Virus record (IMG/VR): IMGVR_UViG_3300027847_001698
Strand: one strand, 5' to 3'
Source of the DNA: a virus
Taxonomy: Duplodnaviria; Caudoviricetes
DNA: 64,000 nt
Part shown: piece by piece, positions 39,096 to 48,578 of the stretch
How the letters are laid out: each line of letters opens with the position of its first letter
How positions within the stretch are numbered: position 1 is the stretch's first letter
Notes under the pieces: model-generated
Told to the model about the DNA's origin: nothing
The model's input: only the letters and a program-made list of their open reading frames with translations
Database searches by the model: none
Translations under genes and position numbers: made by a program

Positions 39096-39972
39096 CTTGC
39101 GCTTTCGAAGGCTCTAATCCATGTCGTTTATATAAATCAGCAAGAGCACGTTCATATTGAGAAGCAGAAGTAATCTTTCCAGCTGAAACAGCTTGTTTTA
39201 AACGAAGAACTCCAATTTTTAAATCGCTATTTCTTCCTGTTCCTATTCTAGATACCTTTCTAGCAGCATTAGCCATAGTTGTTCTCAAACTATTAGAAAT
39301 ATTTAATGGATTTAAATGTCTAACAGCTTTTTTTATTCCATGTGTAGTGTCTGTTTTATCTCTGTTATACTTTCTACCAACGGCATGGACAATGAAACCT
39401 TCTTGGAGTGTTCCTGAGTCATCAACTTTTTCACATGTTAATGCTAAACGAACTATTGCATCTCTATTCATCTTATGTGCCTTTTCAAGAATCTGACACT
39501 CAAAACTACAAGTAGAATTTATAGATTCACTTTCAAGCAAAGGAATACCGATTAGACAATTATCTAATGATATCTGCATAAACTTCTCATGAATTATTTT
39601 TCCTTGAAATGAATCTAGGTCTGTAATGTTTCTAGATGTAGATTCTGAGATTATATAATTCTTTAAACTAGTTTTTACACTATTCTTTGATAACATATCA
39701 GATGCTAACATTTTACTTTTCTTCGCAGTATTAACTGCTGATTCTTGTAAAGTCTTAACTGTATTAGGAATAACTCTATTTTTTGGTTTATAACCAACAT
39801 GATTCCAATACTCAAACAAATTACTTAATAATCCAGCCTTTAATACACAATATTCCCGATATGCACTTCCTTCACGAATAATGTTTCTGGCATGGCCATT
39901 AAATAAAATTGAGTCAATAGAATACCAGTTTTCCAAGTTAGTTGAAACCCTTGTTTTAAATGTCTTATCCAT
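39049..39972 (-). CDS. Hypothetical protein, possible internal head/scaffold-like protein
   Basis: Repeated xLxE(S/G) motifs (TLQES, LLESE, TLQEG) and a basic C-terminus. Confidence 0.55.
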   Translation of the reverse strand: MDKTFKTRVSTNLENWYSIDSILFNGHARNIIREGSAYREYCVLKAGLLSNLFEYWNHVGYKPKNRVIPNTVKTLQESAVNTAKKSKMLASDMLSKNSVKTSLKNYIISESTSRNITDLDSFQGKIIHEKFMQISLDNCLIGIPLLESESINSTCSFECQILEKAHKMNRDAIVRLALTCEKVDDSGTLQEGFIVHAVGRKYNRDKTDTTHGIKKAVRHLNPLNISNSLRTTMANAARKVSRIGTGRNSDLKIGVLRLKQAVSAGKITSASQYERALADLYKRHGLEPSKAQVGTRNARDVRNARNS

Positions 39973-40036
39973 AGTATAAGTAATCCTTGTGTATTTTTCG
40001 ATAATAAAAAATCTTTTATTTTTGTTCTGTTAGTAT

Positions 40037-40474
40037 TCAATCAAGTAAATCCGATAAGAGGGATCTATCTGGAATATCTTCCTTGTTCCTATTAGCTCTG
40101 TGTTCCATTCCTGTTATTTCATTATCAGTAAACAATAAACAAAATTCAGAACTATTCTCAACTATGACAGCATAGTAAAAGTCTTTTGCTTTCCAATGCC
40201 TCTTATTTTTATTTGGTACTTGTTCTATTCGGCCTAGTTTTTTAGAACTTCCGAATATTTTAGAGAATAATCCTGTATCTCGTTCTATGCAATCTTCTTT
40301 ATTTTTTGATGTTCTAACCAATGCTCTATCATATTCTTCATGTGTGAGTAACCAACATCTTTCATTTGAGCCATTTGAGTCTTCAACCCAAATGGCATAA
40401 TAAGCATTTTTAGCATTAGTGAATACAGGTTTATCTCTATTTATTATCTCTGTAACTATTCCCATTTTCGACAT
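40037..40474 (-). CDS. Hypothetical protein made of two tandem homologous domains
   Basis: YYAIWVED...RCWLLT...RTSKNKED and YYAVIVEN...FCLLFT...RANRNKED. Confidence 0.65.
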   Translation of the reverse strand: MSKMGIVTEIINRDKPVFTNAKNAYYAIWVEDSNGSNERCWLLTHEEYDRALVRTSKNKEDCIERDTGLFSKIFGSSKKLGRIEQVPNKNKRHWKAKDFYYAVIVENSSEFCLLFTDNEITGMEHRANRNKEDIPDRSLLSDLLD

Positions 40475-40485
40475 TTTTAATTCTC

Positions 40486-41781
40486 CTATTCAATTACGGC
40501 TTTATAACGATCTATAATTTCTGTTTGAATTGTCTCTTGTACTGCTGCGTCAAACTCTTTTGCAAACTCGGGATTTTCATTATATTTAACTAAACAATTT
40601 TTAGTCCCTTGCCATTTTACTTCTGGACATGTAATCAATTTACCCCATGCTCCAGGTTGTATTCTTTTATGATTTACTAATAAGTTATAATTAGTCCAAA
40701 AATTAGAAATGCCAGTATTGAAATCAACAACTAACTGGATAATTACATTTGGGGGAAATAACTTATTCTTTACACATTTAGCATCTATCATTACACCATC
40801 AAATCCCCATTGATCATATTTAAGATCAGATTTGACTTTCAATAGTAATAAATGAAATGCATTATATTCAATAGCCTTGCCTCCTGGCATAACTCTATTC
40901 TGGCCTAAGTATCTCAAAGGATTGGCTGTTTTAAATTGTCCTATATCAATTTTATCTCTTAATTGATTGATTGCTATAAGGCTAATATTACTCTTTCTCA
41001 TTTTAGAAATATATCTAGGTAAACAAGATGATAAAATTCTAGCCTTTAAACCCATTGTTTTTGCAGGGTCAGTTTCTTCACTCTCTCTTTCTTTATCCGT
41101 TGACGTATTTGCAATGGAATCCCATGCTACTATAGCTGGATAGTCTTCAATGCCTTTACTTATCTTGTATGCCATAGTACCTTGAATAGTCTTGAAAACC
41201 TTCTCAACCGATATATCAGTTGAAATTTTTAATCGTCTGGCACCCATTGATGCACCACGTTCCACTGTCATAGCTTCCTCTGAATCCAGGAACTTGTGTA
41301 GCAATTTACCATTAAACTTTTTCTGACTAGTGCCTATAATCTGAGCTAGGAGTGCAGACTTAAATGTTCCTGGTTCCCCAACAATAATTGAAAATGCACC
41401 ACATGCAAATCCTCCACCCAAAATAGCATCTAATACATCTACTCCTGTTGGGAAAGTTTCTATGATTCCTGAACTCTGACTTATATCTGCCTTTGTTTCT
41501 AAGAACTCAGAAAAGTCATCAAGTAATTCATCACTCTGAACTTGTTCTTCGTCAGATAGACCATTATCTTTCCAATTGTTGTCTGGCTTTAATACTTCTA
41601 CTTCTTGATCTTTCTTAGAATCTATTAATTTCTGTTCGTCTTCATTTAAATTGAGAGTCATGCTCTCTAATGATTTTTTTGCAGCAGCATTAAGTTCATG
41701 TTCTGCATTTTCATCAAATAGCTCTTCAACGCTATCAACAGTATCTACATCGTCAGGACCTATGGTTATCTCTTTAGGCAT
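40486..41781 (-). CDS. recA: RecA/UvsX recombinase with acidic N-terminal extension
   Basis: TGVDVLDAILGGG, Walker A GEPGTFKS, DSEEA, WDSIA, INQLRDKI, PGGKAIEY, KNKLFPP. Confidence 0.9.
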   Translation of the reverse strand: MPKEITIGPDDVDTVDSVEELFDENAEHELNAAAKKSLESMTLNLNEDEQKLIDSKKDQEVEVLKPDNNWKDNGLSDEEQVQSDELLDDFSEFLETKADISQSSGIIETFPTGVDVLDAILGGGFACGAFSIIVGEPGTFKSALLAQIIGTSQKKFNGKLLHKFLDSEEAMTVERGASMGARRLKISTDISVEKVFKTIQGTMAYKISKGIEDYPAIVAWDSIANTSTDKERESEETDPAKTMGLKARILSSCLPRYISKMRKSNISLIAINQLRDKIDIGQFKTANPLRYLGQNRVMPGGKAIEYNAFHLLLLKVKSDLKYDQWGFDGVMIDAKCVKNKLFPPNVIIQLVVDFNTGISNFWTNYNLLVNHKRIQPGAWGKLITCPEVKWQGTKNCLVKYNENPEFAKEFDAAVQETIQTEIIDRYKAVIE

Positions 41782-41847
41782 TTATAACTTCCTCATCTAT
41801 TCTACAAGTGTTAAACTTATTGTTAATTTATTCTTAATCGCCATTTA

Positions 41848-42216
41848 TTAATCCTTAGTTGAAACTTTAAGACCTTCCGATTCTAGTCTCGCTACAATGT
41901 CTCTAACGCCCAATTCTTCATCACCACCCGCAGCACTTAGCTTTCTTCTCACTTCAATTTCTTGTAGAATAAGTTTATTAATTTCTTGATTCATTGTTAA
42001 AATAGTAGAGAAGAAAGATGTAGTCGTTTTAACTTTTTCTTCCATTATGAACTTATGTTTATAATCCATATCCTTAGGAAAAATAGCAGAGACCCCATCT
42101 TTCAAATCATATAGATCTTGTAGATCAGTTTCTATTCTTGCTTTCTTCTCAGTTAGATCAGCTAACAGTTCATAAATTTTAGGATCAATTTTATCTACTG
42201 CAAAATCATCTGCCAT
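41848..42216 (-). CDS. Hypothetical coiled-coil protein
   Basis: Heptad-rich 122-aa ORF immediately after the actin-like gene. Confidence 0.65.
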   Translation of the reverse strand: MADDFAVDKIDPKIYELLADLTEKKARIETDLQDLYDLKDGVSAIFPKDMDYKHKFIMEEKVKTTTSFFSTILTMNQEINKLILQEIEVRRKLSAAGGDEELGVRDIVARLESEGLKVSTKD

Positions 42217-42218
42217 TA

Positions 42219-43280
42219 TTAATCCCCATAATCAGATATACCCTTTATTAATAATCCCTCCGCTACACATGCTAGAGGATCTTGAGCATGAACTATGTCC
42301 TGTATCTCAAATGGAAATTCATCATAATCACCAATGATCCCTTTAAACATATCCATGAACCCTTTAGCCATACTAGTTCCACCAGATACAACCACAGGGA
42401 CCGATTCGGGCAATTGAACGTCCTGTAGTTCATTGTCTAATTTATCTTTAATGGTGTCTAATGCATATGTTATTAAATTCTGATAGTAATAACAAATAGC
42501 TTCTCTAATTCTACGTTCTTTTTTGTTTCCTTGTTTATAATCCGAAATATCTGTATTATTTTCTTTTATTGATGTGATTCTGTTTGGAACTGTTCCAAAT
42601 TGTCTAGCTACATTGTCGTCAATCCAATCTCCACCTCTACCAACACTAAATTCCAAAACTAGATTTCCTTTAAAAGACATAGCACAATTCGTCATACCCG
42701 ACCCAAATGAAAATGAAAGCCCAGTAAAATTACTATCTGAACATTCATTATATATTATAGCCATTGCTTCATTGACAGGAACTGCTTTATATCCTAACTC
42801 GTTGAATATTCGCTTAAATACATTTGTATGGTACAAGATATCATTATTAGAATCTATTGATGCAGCAGGAATTGAATAATAACATATTCCGTTTTTGGTT
42901 CGACCAACTAAATGTTCCATAACTAATGCAAGAACATCTAATGAATCAACATCTGATGATGATATAAGACCGTCTTTCATTGGTCTCTTTACAGGATTAC
43001 CAAAAATATTAGCCATCCTATAAGCATCTTCTGATATGATGTATATCATATCTTCTGTTTCAACATAACTAAGTTGAGTTAAATCGGAAACATTTGACGA
43101 ATCCTTTTCAATTGGAAGATACATATTTCTGATACTTTTTACTGATATAGCCGAATCATTATCATCCTGTCGGGCACAAACTAAGTTCATTGTACCCACA
43201 TCGAGTCCAATAATATCTAGCTTTTCTTCTTGTTTAGATGTTAAATCTGTTATTTCGGATTCATCTTTTTTCTTTGGCAT
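42219..43280 (-). CDS. Actin-fold ATPase (MreB/FtsA/ParM superfamily)
   Basis: Phosphate-1 GLDVGTMN, connect-1 NEAMA, phosphate-2 FSFGSGMTN, GRGGDWID, adenosine VSGGTS, connect-2 AEGL. Confidence 0.8.
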   Translation of the reverse strand: MPKKKDESEITDLTSKQEEKLDIIGLDVGTMNLVCARQDDNDSAISVKSIRNMYLPIEKDSSNVSDLTQLSYVETEDMIYIISEDAYRMANIFGNPVKRPMKDGLISSSDVDSLDVLALVMEHLVGRTKNGICYYSIPAASIDSNNDILYHTNVFKRIFNELGYKAVPVNEAMAIIYNECSDSNFTGLSFSFGSGMTNCAMSFKGNLVLEFSVGRGGDWIDDNVARQFGTVPNRITSIKENNTDISDYKQGNKKERRIREAICYYYQNLITYALDTIKDKLDNELQDVQLPESVPVVVSGGTSMAKGFMDMFKGIIGDYDEFPFEIQDIVHAQDPLACVAEGLLIKGISDYGD

Positions 43281-43779
43281 CTTCTTTTCCTATATTCTTA
43301 AGGTTTTTTATTCTGTCTTTTATGTTTTTTAGTGGTTTCTTCTGTTTAGTATTTACTACACCCTTTACAGACATTCCACCTGTATCAATAGTTGGAATAT
43401 AATCATCAACATCATTCTTGTTAGTTCTTTGTTTAGATGTATCATCATTTCCAGATACAACAATTCCACTAGTCACCAATATCTGAAGTTGGTCATTTAT
43501 TAGAGCTAAAGACTTATCTAAAGATCCAGATTTATCATTAACTAATTTTTCCAATTCACTAAACCGTTTATTAACACTAGATCTTAATCTATTTATAGAT
43601 TTTTCAATTGTTGGTGCATCTGTATCTTCTTCATCATTACCAAGAACAGGAATATTATATTGATTGTGCATAAGGTCACACATCATGTCAAGATTTTCTA
43701 ATACCCGTCCTTCCCAATTTATCTTAAGTTTTTCAGCATCCCTTTCAAGTTGCTTGGTTCTCGCTTTTATATTACTCAC
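43261..43779 (-). CDS. Hypothetical coiled-coil protein
   Basis: GTG start; central heptad region; overlaps the start of the actin-like gene. Confidence 0.6.
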   Translation of the reverse strand: MSNIKARTKQLERDAEKLKINWEGRVLENLDMMCDLMHNQYNIPVLGNDEEDTDAPTIEKSINRLRSSVNKRFSELEKLVNDKSGSLDKSLALINDQLQILVTSGIVVSGNDDTSKQRTNKNDVDDYIPTIDTGGMSVKGVVNTKQKKPLKNIKDRIKNLKNIGKEDAKEKR

Positions 43780-43800
43780 ATTCCACTCAATATGTTATGA

Positions 43801-46302
43801 TTATGAACAACCACTAAATCCACAGTTTGTACACATTATGCAACCATTTTCATACTTTAAGGATTTAGTTTCACAACTGGCACAATAATCTGCGGATGTT
43901 TGTCCATCGTTGATATATTTCTTTAACACTCTTGAAATTCCTTTCTCAAAAGTAAACATATTTATATCTGATGTTTTGTGAAGTTGCTCACATATAAAAT
44001 GAATCGGTACATAATGTCTCAACATTGTTGATACCATTCTAGTATACGTTCCCAAATCCGGTCTAAATGAAGATGCTAAATCCTTTATTACCATTCCTTC
44101 ATCCCCATCTACAGATCCTAAATACAAATCATAAGTCCTAATACCATTATCACTTCTTTTATTTTTCTTAATCCACCCTGACTTATATTTAGACGGAATA
44201 GATATTTCTCCCTTCTGACCACCAAATATCTCATACGGTTGGCCATCAATTTGTCCTACAAAAAAGATCCATTCGTTTCCTTCAATAGTTGAATAGTGAA
44301 TATCACATTGTAACATATCAGGACGTTTAGATGGAAAAACTTCTTCATTTTTATCTTCATCAATTGGTTCTTTTGATATTAGAACTCCACTTCTGCAACC
44401 ATCTCTATAAATTGTAATACCCTTTAATCCATGTTTCCATGAGTCCATATAAATATCACAAACTTCATCAACAGTAACATCACTTGGTAGATTAATAGTA
44501 GAAGATATAGAATGAGTTATATATTTTTGAACAATGCCTTGAAGTTTAACTCGTTTGCTCCAATTGATGTCCGACGCAGTACATCCCCAATATGGAGATT
44601 CTTCTAAATTAGTTTTCTTTGTTGCTGTTCTCCATGCTGCTAACTGTGGATGATCTGTATCAAATTCCATCCATGAATCACCAAGGTCATCAACAAAATC
44701 AACTTTTGCACCTGGATCATTTGGATTTACCTTTCTGCGTCTTGTATATGATAATTGGTATACTGGCTCAATGCCGGATGAAACGTTAGCCATAAGTGAA
44801 ACTGTTCCAGTAGGAGCAACTGTACTTATTGATACATTACGTCTACCATATTTCATGTTTCGGTTATATATCTCAGGAAAATCAGATTTAAGCATTTGAA
44901 TGAAGTCAGAAGTTTTCTCTATGTTGGGATCGAATCCTGCAAATGGACCCCTTTCAACAGCCATATCAATAGATGAATCCCATTCAGCTTCACACTTAAC
45001 TTTCATTATCATATCAGTAATAGTTAAAGCATCATCGCTATCAAACTTGATATTTTGTGCCGCTAAACAATCACCTAATCCAGTAAAACCTAATCCGGTT
45101 CTTCTTCCCTGTTCTGCCTGAAAACGAATCTCCATCCATGTTCGTTTTTCTATCTCTTTTATATGTACAGGACAGTCATCAGAAGCTACCTTTTCTAAAA
45201 TTCTATCAATGTATTTAATTTCCAAATCTACAACATCATCCATAAGGCGTTGTGCTTCATACGTGTACTCATAAAACAATTCAAAATCAAACTGTGCATT
45301 TTCAATAAAAGGGTTCTTTACAAAGCTATAAAGATTCATACACATCAATCTACAAGTATCGCCGCCCTGCATCGCAATTTCCGAGCAAGGATTTGTAGAA
45401 CTATTCTCATACTGAGGATAAACTGAAGATGGCGAATAATTATGCTGAGTATCCCAAAAAATTAAACCAGGTTCTGCTGTTGAATGAGCAGATTCATTTA
45501 TCTTCATCCATAATTCTTTTGCATTAACAGTCTTGTAAATATTATCTGAATTACATGGCCAACACAAATCAAATGTATCATCATTTTCAACTGCATTCAT
45601 AAAATCATCACTAAGACGTACTGATATATTTGCACCAGTCACCTTAGTCAAATCGGCTTTAACTGAAATAAACGCTTCAATGTCAGGATGCCTAACGTCC
45701 ATTGTAATCATCAATGCTCCACGCCTTCCACCTTGTGCAACTTCACGTGTAGTATTAGAGAATCGCTCCATAAAAGAAACTGATCCAGTTGACGATATCG
45801 CCGCATTACTCACATGTGTGCCTGCTGGTCTTAAATCAGAAATATCGACTCCAACCCCACATCTCCGTTTCATCAATTGTGCTAACTGTTGATCACTATA
45901 ACATATACCCGCATATGAATCATGTGGGGGATCTATAACCACACAATTAGATAGTGATCCAATCTGTTTATCATTACCCAATATGGACATAATTGATCCT
46001 TGGGGTATTATATATCTAAATCCGTGTATAAGATGATAAATTTTAGAACGAGTTAATTGTTTTCTATTTCTGCCATACTCTGATAATTTTCCAGTATCTT
46101 TTACCTTTTTAGTTGATTCTACTTCAGATTTAAAAAATTCATCAGCCAATCTGCTATGCATATCATCTGGGGTTAATTCAAAATAGTTTCCACTAGAATC
46201 TTTTACACAATATTTATTTATCCACGTTGTTGATGGTAAATCTTCTCCGTTGAAATAATTAGTAGCGGCACCTAATACATCCTCAAATTTATAGCTATCC
46301 AT
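43801..46302 (-). CDS. nrdJ: Class II (adenosylcobalamin-dependent) ribonucleotide reductase
   Basis: SLSNC, RRCGVG, RRGALM, TNPCSEI, RRTGLG, APTGTVS, ISSTIN, YRDG and C-terminal CxxC...CxxC; no small subunit nearby. Start set at the ATG at 46302 behind AGGAG; the track ORF extends to 46389. Confidence 0.93.
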   Translation of the reverse strand: MDSYKFEDVLGAATNYFNGEDLPSTTWINKYCVKDSSGNYFELTPDDMHSRLADEFFKSEVESTKKVKDTGKLSEYGRNRKQLTRSKIYHLIHGFRYIIPQGSIMSILGNDKQIGSLSNCVVIDPPHDSYAGICYSDQQLAQLMKRRCGVGVDISDLRPAGTHVSNAAISSTGSVSFMERFSNTTREVAQGGRRGALMITMDVRHPDIEAFISVKADLTKVTGANISVRLSDDFMNAVENDDTFDLCWPCNSDNIYKTVNAKELWMKINESAHSTAEPGLIFWDTQHNYSPSSVYPQYENSSTNPCSEIAMQGGDTCRLMCMNLYSFVKNPFIENAQFDFELFYEYTYEAQRLMDDVVDLEIKYIDRILEKVASDDCPVHIKEIEKRTWMEIRFQAEQGRRTGLGFTGLGDCLAAQNIKFDSDDALTITDMIMKVKCEAEWDSSIDMAVERGPFAGFDPNIEKTSDFIQMLKSDFPEIYNRNMKYGRRNVSISTVAPTGTVSLMANVSSGIEPVYQLSYTRRRKVNPNDPGAKVDFVDDLGDSWMEFDTDHPQLAAWRTATKKTNLEESPYWGCTASDINWSKRVKLQGIVQKYITHSISSTINLPSDVTVDEVCDIYMDSWKHGLKGITIYRDGCRSGVLISKEPIDEDKNEEVFPSKRPDMLQCDIHYSTIEGNEWIFFVGQIDGQPYEIFGGQKGEISIPSKYKSGWIKKNKRSDNGIRTYDLYLGSVDGDEGMVIKDLASSFRPDLGTYTRMVSTMLRHYVPIHFICEQLHKTSDINMFTFEKGISRVLKKYINDGQTSADYCASCETKSLKYENGCIMCTNCGFSGCS

Positions 46303-46396
46303 TTTCTTCTTAGTTCTCCTAGATTTTTTAACTACAGTACTCTTCTTTAAGACCATTAAAAAAACTTCCTTTCTTGTCGGATTCTTCAAATCCTAA

Positions 46397-47143
46397 TCAT
46401 TCTAACTTCTTATGTAAACAAAGAGCGATACCGATAGAATCCGCAATATCTGAAGATACTCCAGTTTGTGAATAGATGTCATTTCCTATCACGGATAACT
46501 CTTTGTCGATTTCCTTTTGCTCAATCTTAAATTTGATTTTATTATTTTCATAGAGCAAGGTCTCATCCTTTATTTTGTTCTCTATTTCAACTTTTTCATC
46601 TCCACTAAATGGGTTTCGTTTTCTCTTCAATGACGACTTTAGTTTATCTAGAAGCTTCTTTTCACCAACTAATTGCTTTTTAAAGTTATCAATATAAATA
46701 TTCTTTTCTGCTATTAAATAATCAAAAGTTTCAAAATCACCAGTAACACTAATGTTAAAAGTTCGACATACCTCTAATTGTGTTTTCCATTTTGGTGTGT
46801 TGGATGCAATTCCATTCAATGAATTGGATTTCCAATGGCTAGGATCATACAATACAATATTGTCTTTTACTGCTGAATATGCAGCATGTATAAATACTCC
46901 ATTTATCCTAGCCAAATACGTCAAAGTCTTAGCTCCTGAAATAGCCAAGATTACATCCTCCATAGCAACATAATCAGGTTTATATCTATTAAATAATCGA
47001 GTAGCTTCATTGTGATAGAAACTTAATTTCTGAGGAAGACTTAATTTAGACGATGGGCAAATAGATCCATAATCAACTAACAATCCATCATCTAATACCG
47101 ACCACCCTGTTGTGGTGGCCGGATCAAAGCCTAATATTATCAT
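46397..47143 (-). CDS. ruvC: RuvC-like Holliday junction resolvase with coiled-coil insertion
   Basis: ILGFDP, VAMED and DIADSIGIA catalytic acidic motifs. Confidence 0.75.
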   Translation of the reverse strand: MIILGFDPATTTGWSVLDDGLLVDYGSICPSSKLSLPQKLSFYHNEATRLFNRYKPDYVAMEDVILAISGAKTLTYLARINGVFIHAAYSAVKDNIVLYDPSHWKSNSLNGIASNTPKWKTQLEVCRTFNISVTGDFETFDYLIAEKNIYIDNFKKQLVGEKKLLDKLKSSLKRKRNPFSGDEKVEIENKIKDETLLYENNKIKFKIEQKEIDKELSVIGNDIYSQTGVSSDIADSIGIALCLHKKLE

Positions 47144-47625
47144 TATGGAGTAACCTTCTCTCGTATATCCATTAATATTTTACCTAATTGATTTTGACCT
47201 CTATTTGAATAACCCCAATAATTACTAAACGGTGACATTTCCCGAAGTTCTTTATCTCCAGTTGAAATTAGACGTGACTTCAATTCAGGATTCTGATCAA
47301 ATTTAGCATAGCAGCCATCATACATCAACTGCCACTTGTTATTATCCCAATCATCTATTGACTTGCACCCTTTAGATATAGCTTTAGCTTCTGCTGGAGT
47401 AGTTGCCGCCTTTATGTATGCCCAGTCTCCAGGTTCATCACATCTTCTAGTATAATACCATTGTGCCACACTATCCCACCATTCATCATCCAAATAAAAC
47501 TTTGATGGATGAAATACTGATAGAAAATAAAACACACTGCTACTATGTGGACCATGGAAATCTATATAAGATACTCCTCTTGGGATATTTATAACTTTAT
47601 CTCTTTTCTGTTTTTTTAATGCCAT
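47143..47625 (-). CDS. NADAR (YbiA-like) family protein
   Basis: FLSVFHPS, AKFDQNPELK..LISTG, LRE.SP, YWG, GQNQLGKILMDIRE. Confidence 0.85.
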   Translation of the reverse strand: MALKKQKRDKVINIPRGVSYIDFHGPHSSSVFYFLSVFHPSKFYLDDEWWDSVAQWYYTRRCDEPGDWAYIKAATTPAEAKAISKGCKSIDDWDNNKWQLMYDGCYAKFDQNPELKSRLISTGDKELREMSPFSNYWGYSNRGQNQLGKILMDIREKVTP

Positions 47626-47640
47626 TTTATAACCTCTCTA

Positions 47641-48570
47641 TTATAAAGACCAAGATTGTGTATGTAATTTCACAATCTCAGAAGTAACATTCTCATTATC
47701 AGGAATACTAACAATATTACAAGCTAAGTCAAACTCATCTACTGAATTATCAAAGAATACTGTACATTCCAATTTGTGACATAAACAATATGTAATATAT
47801 CTCGACGGAAATCCAAAGAATCGTTCACATGAATGTAATATATTTACTATATTTTGATCCGTTACATTTGAAACTGGCATCACATTCAATAATTCTTTTA
47901 TTTCAGACATCTGATGATATGTATAATGTTCACTTAGATCACCTAATATGTAAACTATCAGTGATTTATGTTTTCTTGCTAAAAATTCTAAATAACTAAA
48001 CTCAATCATTTGGTCCTCATCAGATTTCTCTAAGTGAAGAATAATAAATGGTCGGTGTGACTGAATTCTTGCAGTTGGAGGCATTAAAAAGAAATCATCT
48101 TTCTTTAAAGAATTAAATTCTTCTATAACGCCATCCTGTTTATTATTACCATGAATAGTTTCAGGTTTACCTTTTGGTGTTTCTACTATTCTAGGATCCT
48201 TTTTCTTTTCCTTTTCAGTTCTCATATCAGAAGCAGTAAAATCAGTTATGCAATCATGATCTGCTTCCTCATCAACTTTTCCACATTCTACACATAAAGA
48301 TTTCTTTCGTCTATATGATAAAATAGTTTTTATTCGCGCATCCAATTCAGGAATAACCTTTAATGGAGTAGATTCTTCGGGTTTAAGTTCGGGCTTACCC
48401 GAAATTATATCTTTGTCTTCTAACTCAACTCCTCTCATATCAGATTTAACATAATTTTCATAACATGTATGTTCTGATTCAGCTTCCGCTGTACCACACA
48501 ACACACATAAATCTTTCTTTTTTCTATATCCGGAGATAGATCTCTTTTTGGGTTCTGATACTCTTTTCAC
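47641..48570 (-). CDS. Protein with two CxxC...HxC repeats and a degenerate GT-B/GT9-like C-terminal half
   Basis: Repeats YRKKKDLCVLCG...HTC...SDMR and YRRKKSLCVECG...HDC...SDMR. The C-terminal ILHSCERFFGFPS...CTVFF parallels the GT9 segment of the neighbouring gene. Confidence 0.5.
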   Translation of the reverse strand: MKRVSEPKKRSISGYRKKKDLCVLCGTAEAESEHTCYENYVKSDMRGVELEDKDIISGKPELKPEESTPLKVIPELDARIKTILSYRRKKSLCVECGKVDEEADHDCITDFTASDMRTEKEKKKDPRIVETPKGKPETIHGNNKQDGVIEEFNSLKKDDFFLMPPTARIQSHRPFIILHLEKSDEDQMIEFSYLEFLARKHKSLIVYILGDLSEHYTYHQMSEIKELLNVMPVSNVTDQNIVNILHSCERFFGFPSRYITYCLCHKLECTVFFDNSVDEFDLACNIVSIPDNENVTSEIVKLHTQSWSL

Positions 48571-48578
48571 TTAAATTC

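Noticed and set aside
46303-46389. Longer upstream starts in the track for nrdJ (also for 6193, 50273, 55375, 60324 and 61349)
   Set aside because: Downstream ATGs have better RBS placement and begin at the conserved domain; the extensions are low-complexity or overlap neighbouring genes.
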